DNA from: Candidatus Zipacnadum vermilionense | GTDB lineage: Bacteria; Armatimonadota; Zipacnadia; Zipacnadales; Zipacnadaceae | Assembly: GCA_029821755.1 (NCBI GenBank) | Contig: JALGSV010000002.1 | Location: 180,797-244,796 of the forward strand | Reading direction: 5' to 3' | DNA: 64,000 nucleotides | Notes under the pieces: generated by a model | Told to the model about the DNA's origin: nothing | The model's database searches: none | What the model saw: the letters and a program-made list of their open reading frames with translations, nothing else | In this document: positions 60,768 to 64,000 of the stretch, one piece after another | Layout of the letters: every line of letters starts with the position of its first letter | Position numbering within the stretch: position 1 is the stretch's first letter | Position numbers and translations under genes: made by a program

Positions 60768-61789
60768 GGACGCTTATCTTCCGGTGAGTTGGCGGAGGCA
60801 TCCCGCCGGGCGCGGGGCCAGGCGACGGCGATCACGACAGCGGCCGCTACGGTCATCACGATGCTGGCTACCTGTGCCCAGGTGAGGAAGGGCAGGCCGG
60901 GGAAGGAGCGACCGCTGGCGCCGTGCCGCCAGAACTCGACCACGAAGCGCTCGATGCCGTACAGCCCTACGAAAGCGATGAACAGATGCCCGGGCCGCTG
61001 GAGCACCCGCCGCAGTCTCAGCAGGACGAAGAAGACCACTAGCGCCAGCGCGCAATCCAGGAGTTGCGCGGGATAGAGCGGCTCCCCCCAGGTGGTAGCG
61101 GGCTGGCCAGGAGGCAAGCCCAGGCTCCAGGCAGCCGCCTCGCTGCCGGGGGCGAAGCGCACCCCCCAGAAGCTGTCGCAGTGTCCACCGAAGCAGCAGC
61201 CGTTGAGGAAGCAGCCCAGCTTGGAGATGGCATAGGCCAGCGCCACGGCCGGGGCGGCGGCGTCGGCCAGGGAGGAGAACCGTATGCGCCGCCAGCGGGC
61301 CAGCAGGTAGGCGGCGAGGACGCCCCCGGCCAGGCCACCGTGGAAGGATAGCCCGCCCTCCCAGACCCTGAAGATGCTGCGAGGCGAGCCGGCGAACTGG
61401 TCCCAGTCTAAAGCCACGTAGAGCAACCGCGCGCCCAGGATGCCGCCCACCAGACAGACCAAGGCGACGTCCACCAGCATCGTCCGCTCAATACCGTAGC
61501 GCCAGCCGCTGTGGGCCATAAAAATCAGCCCCGCCACCATCCCCACCAGGAGCATGAATCCGTAGGAGCGGATGGGCACCGGGCCGAAGCGGTTAACCAG
61601 GTAGTAGATGAGCAGCGCCCCGATGACCGCCCCTCCGAGGCTGAACGCGAAGTCCAGCAGCCGCGCGCGCGCGCCACGCTGGCGGGTGTCCAGCCAGGTC
61701 CACAGGCACAGCAAGACGCCCAGGACCGCGACGAGCAGGGGTATGGCCACCGGGGACCAGGGGCCGAGTTGGAGGAGGATGGGGCGCAT
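60764..61789 (-). CDS. lgt: Prolipoprotein diacylglyceryl transferase with an N-terminal 2-TM insertion
   Basis: IRSYG, GARL.YV, GGLSFHGGL, GCFLNGCC.G, RF.VEF.R. Confidence 0.88.
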   Translation of the reverse strand: MRPILLQLGPWSPVAIPLLVAVLGVLLCLWTWLDTRQRGARARLLDFAFSLGGAVIGALLIYYLVNRFGPVPIRSYGFMLLVGMVAGLIFMAHSGWRYGIERTMLVDVALVCLVGGILGARLLYVALDWDQFAGSPRSIFRVWEGGLSFHGGLAGGVLAAYLLARWRRIRFSSLADAAAPAVALAYAISKLGCFLNGCCFGGHCDSFWGVRFAPGSEAAAWSLGLPPGQPATTWGEPLYPAQLLDCALALVVFFVLLRLRRVLQRPGHLFIAFVGLYGIERFVVEFWRHGASGRSFPGLPFLTWAQVASIVMTVAAAVVIAVAWPRARRDASANSPEDKRP

Positions 61790-61883
61790 GATGTTGTGAG
61801 TGCCTGCGTGAGCAGTCGTACGGGCCCACCGCCGGGGGCGGGGTCGGCGGGCCAGCACGCCAATATGCTCCCCGGCGAGGCTG

Positions 61884-62429
61884 CTAGCCGGCCCGCTCCG
61901 GCGAGCCCGCGCTGGAGCGGATCAGCCGCCATGCGGCGCAGGCTACCCCCAAGGTCAGGGCGATATCGGCAACGTTAAAGACGGGCCAGAAATGGAAGTC
62001 GAGGAAATCCACCACCAAGCCGCGGGCCAGGCGGTCGACGACATTGCCGAGCGCGCCGCCGAGAACCAGCGCCAGGGGGACGACCATCTCCGGCTGGTGC
62101 TGGGCCGCCCGCCAGCCCCAGACCAGCACCACCGCCACCAGCAGCACGCCCACCACGGTCAGCACGCCGGAGGCGGAGGCGAAGAGGCTGAAGAAGGCGC
62201 CGGTGTTATGGGCGCGGGTGAAACTCAGCACCGGCCCTAGCACCGGGAAGGATTCGCCCAGAGCCATGCGGTCCACGACAAGGGCCTTGGTGTACTGGTC
62301 CAGGGCGACAATCGCTAGCGCGGGCAGAAGGAAGCGCCCCACCGCCGGCCGGCAGAAAGGACAACTCGGGGTGACGCAGGTCTCCAAGCCTGTGCTACCC
62401 TTCTTCTCTTCAGCCACCTCGCCACTCAT
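61884..62429 (-). CDS. lspA: Lipoprotein signal peptidase II
   Basis: DQYTK, NTGAFF, GGALGN..DRL, VVDFL, FNVAD; ATGA overlap with the upstream gene. Confidence 0.93.
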   Translation of the reverse strand: MSGEVAEEKKGSTGLETCVTPSCPFCRPAVGRFLLPALAIVALDQYTKALVVDRMALGESFPVLGPVLSFTRAHNTGAFFSLFASASGVLTVVGVLLVAVVLVWGWRAAQHQPEMVVPLALVLGGALGNVVDRLARGLVVDFLDFHFWPVFNVADIALTLGVACAAWRLIRSSAGSPERAG

Positions 62430-62806
62430 CTTCCCAACACGCGCGAGCGGCAGTCGGTGCACATGGTGGCGTGGGGAAGCGCTTCCAGGCGCTTCTTGGG
62501 GATCACCTTGCCACAGACGTCGCACTTCCCGTAGGTGCCGCTGTCTATCTTGGCGAGGGCCTCGTTGACCGAGTCGCGCATGTCACGGAGGTTACCGACG
62601 ATGGCCAGCACCCGGCTGCGCTCCACGGTCTCGGAAGCGGCATCGCCGCCTTGTTCGTCGAAGTCCTCGTCGGCGACGTTGACGTGGAAGCCCTCGCGCC
62701 GATCATACTGGCTCTCGGTCCGCCGGATCTCGCTTTCGAGGTCCCGGCGCATCTCCAACAGTTTCTTGCGGTACTTCTCTATTTCCAGAGCTTTCTTTGA
62801 TGGCAC
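62426..62806 (-). CDS. TraR/DksA C4-type zinc-finger protein
   Basis: Coiled coil with GDAASE tip, AL.KI..GTYGKCDVCG..I...RLEA.P....CTDC; GTG start after GGAGG. Confidence 0.88.
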   Translation of the reverse strand: MPSKKALEIEKYRKKLLEMRRDLESEIRRTESQYDRREGFHVNVADEDFDEQGGDAASETVERSRVLAIVGNLRDMRDSVNEALAKIDSGTYGKCDVCGKVIPKKRLEALPHATMCTDCRSRVLGR

Positions 62807-62937
62807 TTGCGCTATCCTCCAGACGTGGAGATCCCTCGCAATAACCCGTAGAACGATGGGCCGAACACTTGCGAGCGACGCGTTGTGCAGGAGACTGCAC
62901 TGGGCGCGCCCTTCTCGTATTCTGCCCCTTCCGGGCC

Positions 62938-64000
62938 TCACGACCCGAGTTCCACCAGCGTCCGCACCCGCCCCGCGCACCGCGGGCACAAGTCGGGGTA
63001 CTCCTGGTCGCTGCCGACCTCCGGCAGGACCATCCAGCAGCGGGCACACTTCTCTCCCTCGGCCGCCTGCGCCTGCACCTGAAGCTCCCCGGCACCTTCC
63101 TCTATCCTCACTTGCGAGACGATGAACAGCTCCGGCAGTGGGGATGGTGATGGACTTGGCGACGGCGCAGGGCCGGGACTTGGCGACGCCGAAGCGCTGG
63201 GACTCGGCGATGCCGAAGGGCTCAGTTCTGCTTCATATTCCCGCAGCAACTCCAGGTCCGCCCCCGCGGCAGTCAGGGTGACGTGCGCCTCCAGGGGCTT
63301 CTTCACCGTCCCGGCCTGTTTGGCCTCCTCCAGGGCGACCATGACCTGCTCGCGGATAACCATAAGACGGTCCCAGCGCGCCATCAGTTCGGCGTCGGCG
63401 ACAGTCGGGTCGGGCACCGGCCAGTCGGCCATCTGCACGCTCAGCGGCTGGCTGGGGTCCAATCGGCGGCACTGCTGCCAGGCTTCCTCGGCGGTGAAGG
63501 TCAGCACCGGGGCGCTCATGATGACCAGCCTCTGCAGAATCTGCCAGAGCGCGGTCTGCGCCGACCGCCGCGCGGGGGCGTCGGGCAGGTCAGTATAGAG
63601 GGTATCCTTGAGCACGTCCAGATAGAACGAGCTTAGCTCCCGCGCGCAGAAGGCGTGCAGGTGGTGGTAGAACAGGTGCAGGTCCCAGTCGTCGAAGCCG
63701 TGGGTCACGCGCTCGACCAGCGCGGAGGTCTGGCCCAGCGCCCAGCGGTCCAGCGCGCGCATCTCCTCCACCGGTACGCTGTCGGTGGCCGGGTCGAAGT
63801 CCTGCAGGTTAGTGAGCAGGAAGCGGAGGGTGTTGCGGATGCGGCGGTAGGCGTCGGCCACCTGCTCGAAGATCGCCTCCGAGCAGAACATCTTGCGGCG
63901 GAAGTCCGCGTAGGTGAACCATAGGCGCAGCACATCGGCGCCGTACTTGTCCTGAATCTCCTGCGGCGCGATGATGTTGCCCTTGGACTTAGACATCTTG
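62938..64000 (-). CDS. ileS: Isoleucyl-tRNA synthetase (type 1), C-terminal part; 5' end beyond the window
   Basis: KMSKSKGN, YRRIRNT.RFLL.N, LSSFYLD..KD.LY, LFIVSQV, KCARCW..LCPRC. Confidence 0.97.
   Translation of the reverse strand, partial: KMSKSKGNIIAPQEIQDKYGADVLRLWFTYADFRRKMFCSEAIFEQVADAYRRIRNTLRFLLTNLQDFDPATDSVPVEEMRALDRWALGQTSALVERVTHGFDDWDLHLFYHHLHAFCARELSSFYLDVLKDTLYTDLPDAPARRSAQTALWQILQRLVIMSAPVLTFTAEEAWQQCRRLDPSQPLSVQMADWPVPDPTVADAELMARWDRLMVIREQVMVALEEAKQAGTVKKPLEAHVTLTAAGADLELLREYEAELSPSASPSPSASASPSPGPAPSPSPSPSPLPELFIVSQVRIEEGAGELQVQAQAAEGEKCARCWMVLPEVGSDQEYPDLCPRCAGRVRTLVELGS
63139..63222. repeat. Imperfect tandem repeat encoding a 28-aa Ser/Pro insertion in IleRS
   Basis: ggact(t/c)ggcga(c/t) recurring at ~24-bp period; peptide SPSASPSPSASASPSPGPAPSPSPSPSP. 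Confidence 0.9.

Noticed and set aside
62426-62806. DksA lacking the first Asp of DxxDxA
   Set aside because: The critical second Asp and Ala are retained; this variation is common in TraR/DksA-like proteins.

Overview
GC-rich bacterial chromosome segment, mostly housekeeping. The gene content (YlqD, short Gram-positive-type GyrB, prepilin/H-X9-DG protein, orphan lipoproteins) would fit a lineage such as Armatimonadota, but this is inference only. Left to right: (1) end of the infB-DUF503-rbfA-nrnA-truB-ribF operon. (2) ffh-rpsP-khpA-ylqD-rimM-trmD-rplS-lepB-rnhB operon. (3) Prepilin-like gene and two secreted unknowns. (4) comM followed by a compositionally atypical solo HerA-like ATPase, nitrilase, Ca/Na antiporter, GNAT-like protein, two GH127 enzymes, creatininase and flavodoxin. 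(5) nrdJ, a hicBA + type IIG restriction-modification islet, and gyrA and gyrB split by two unrelated genes. (6) Metabolic/unknown genes, fur-feoA-feoB, and ileS(partial)-dksA-lspA-lgt-ddl. No rRNA, tRNA, CRISPR array or transposase was recognised. Most notable: a soluble PilC/GspF-domain + degenerate PilB/GspE-N2-domain fusion with no TM helix and no ATPase; several families of palindromic REP-like elements, one sitting in frame at the same loop of both GH127 paralogs; low-complexity in-frame insertions in GyrB (perfect 12-bp VNTR, poly-NG) and IleRS (Ser/Pro); a gyrase with altered DNA-gate motifs; and a candidate attenuator upstream of ffh. All calls come from motif reading, not database searches.
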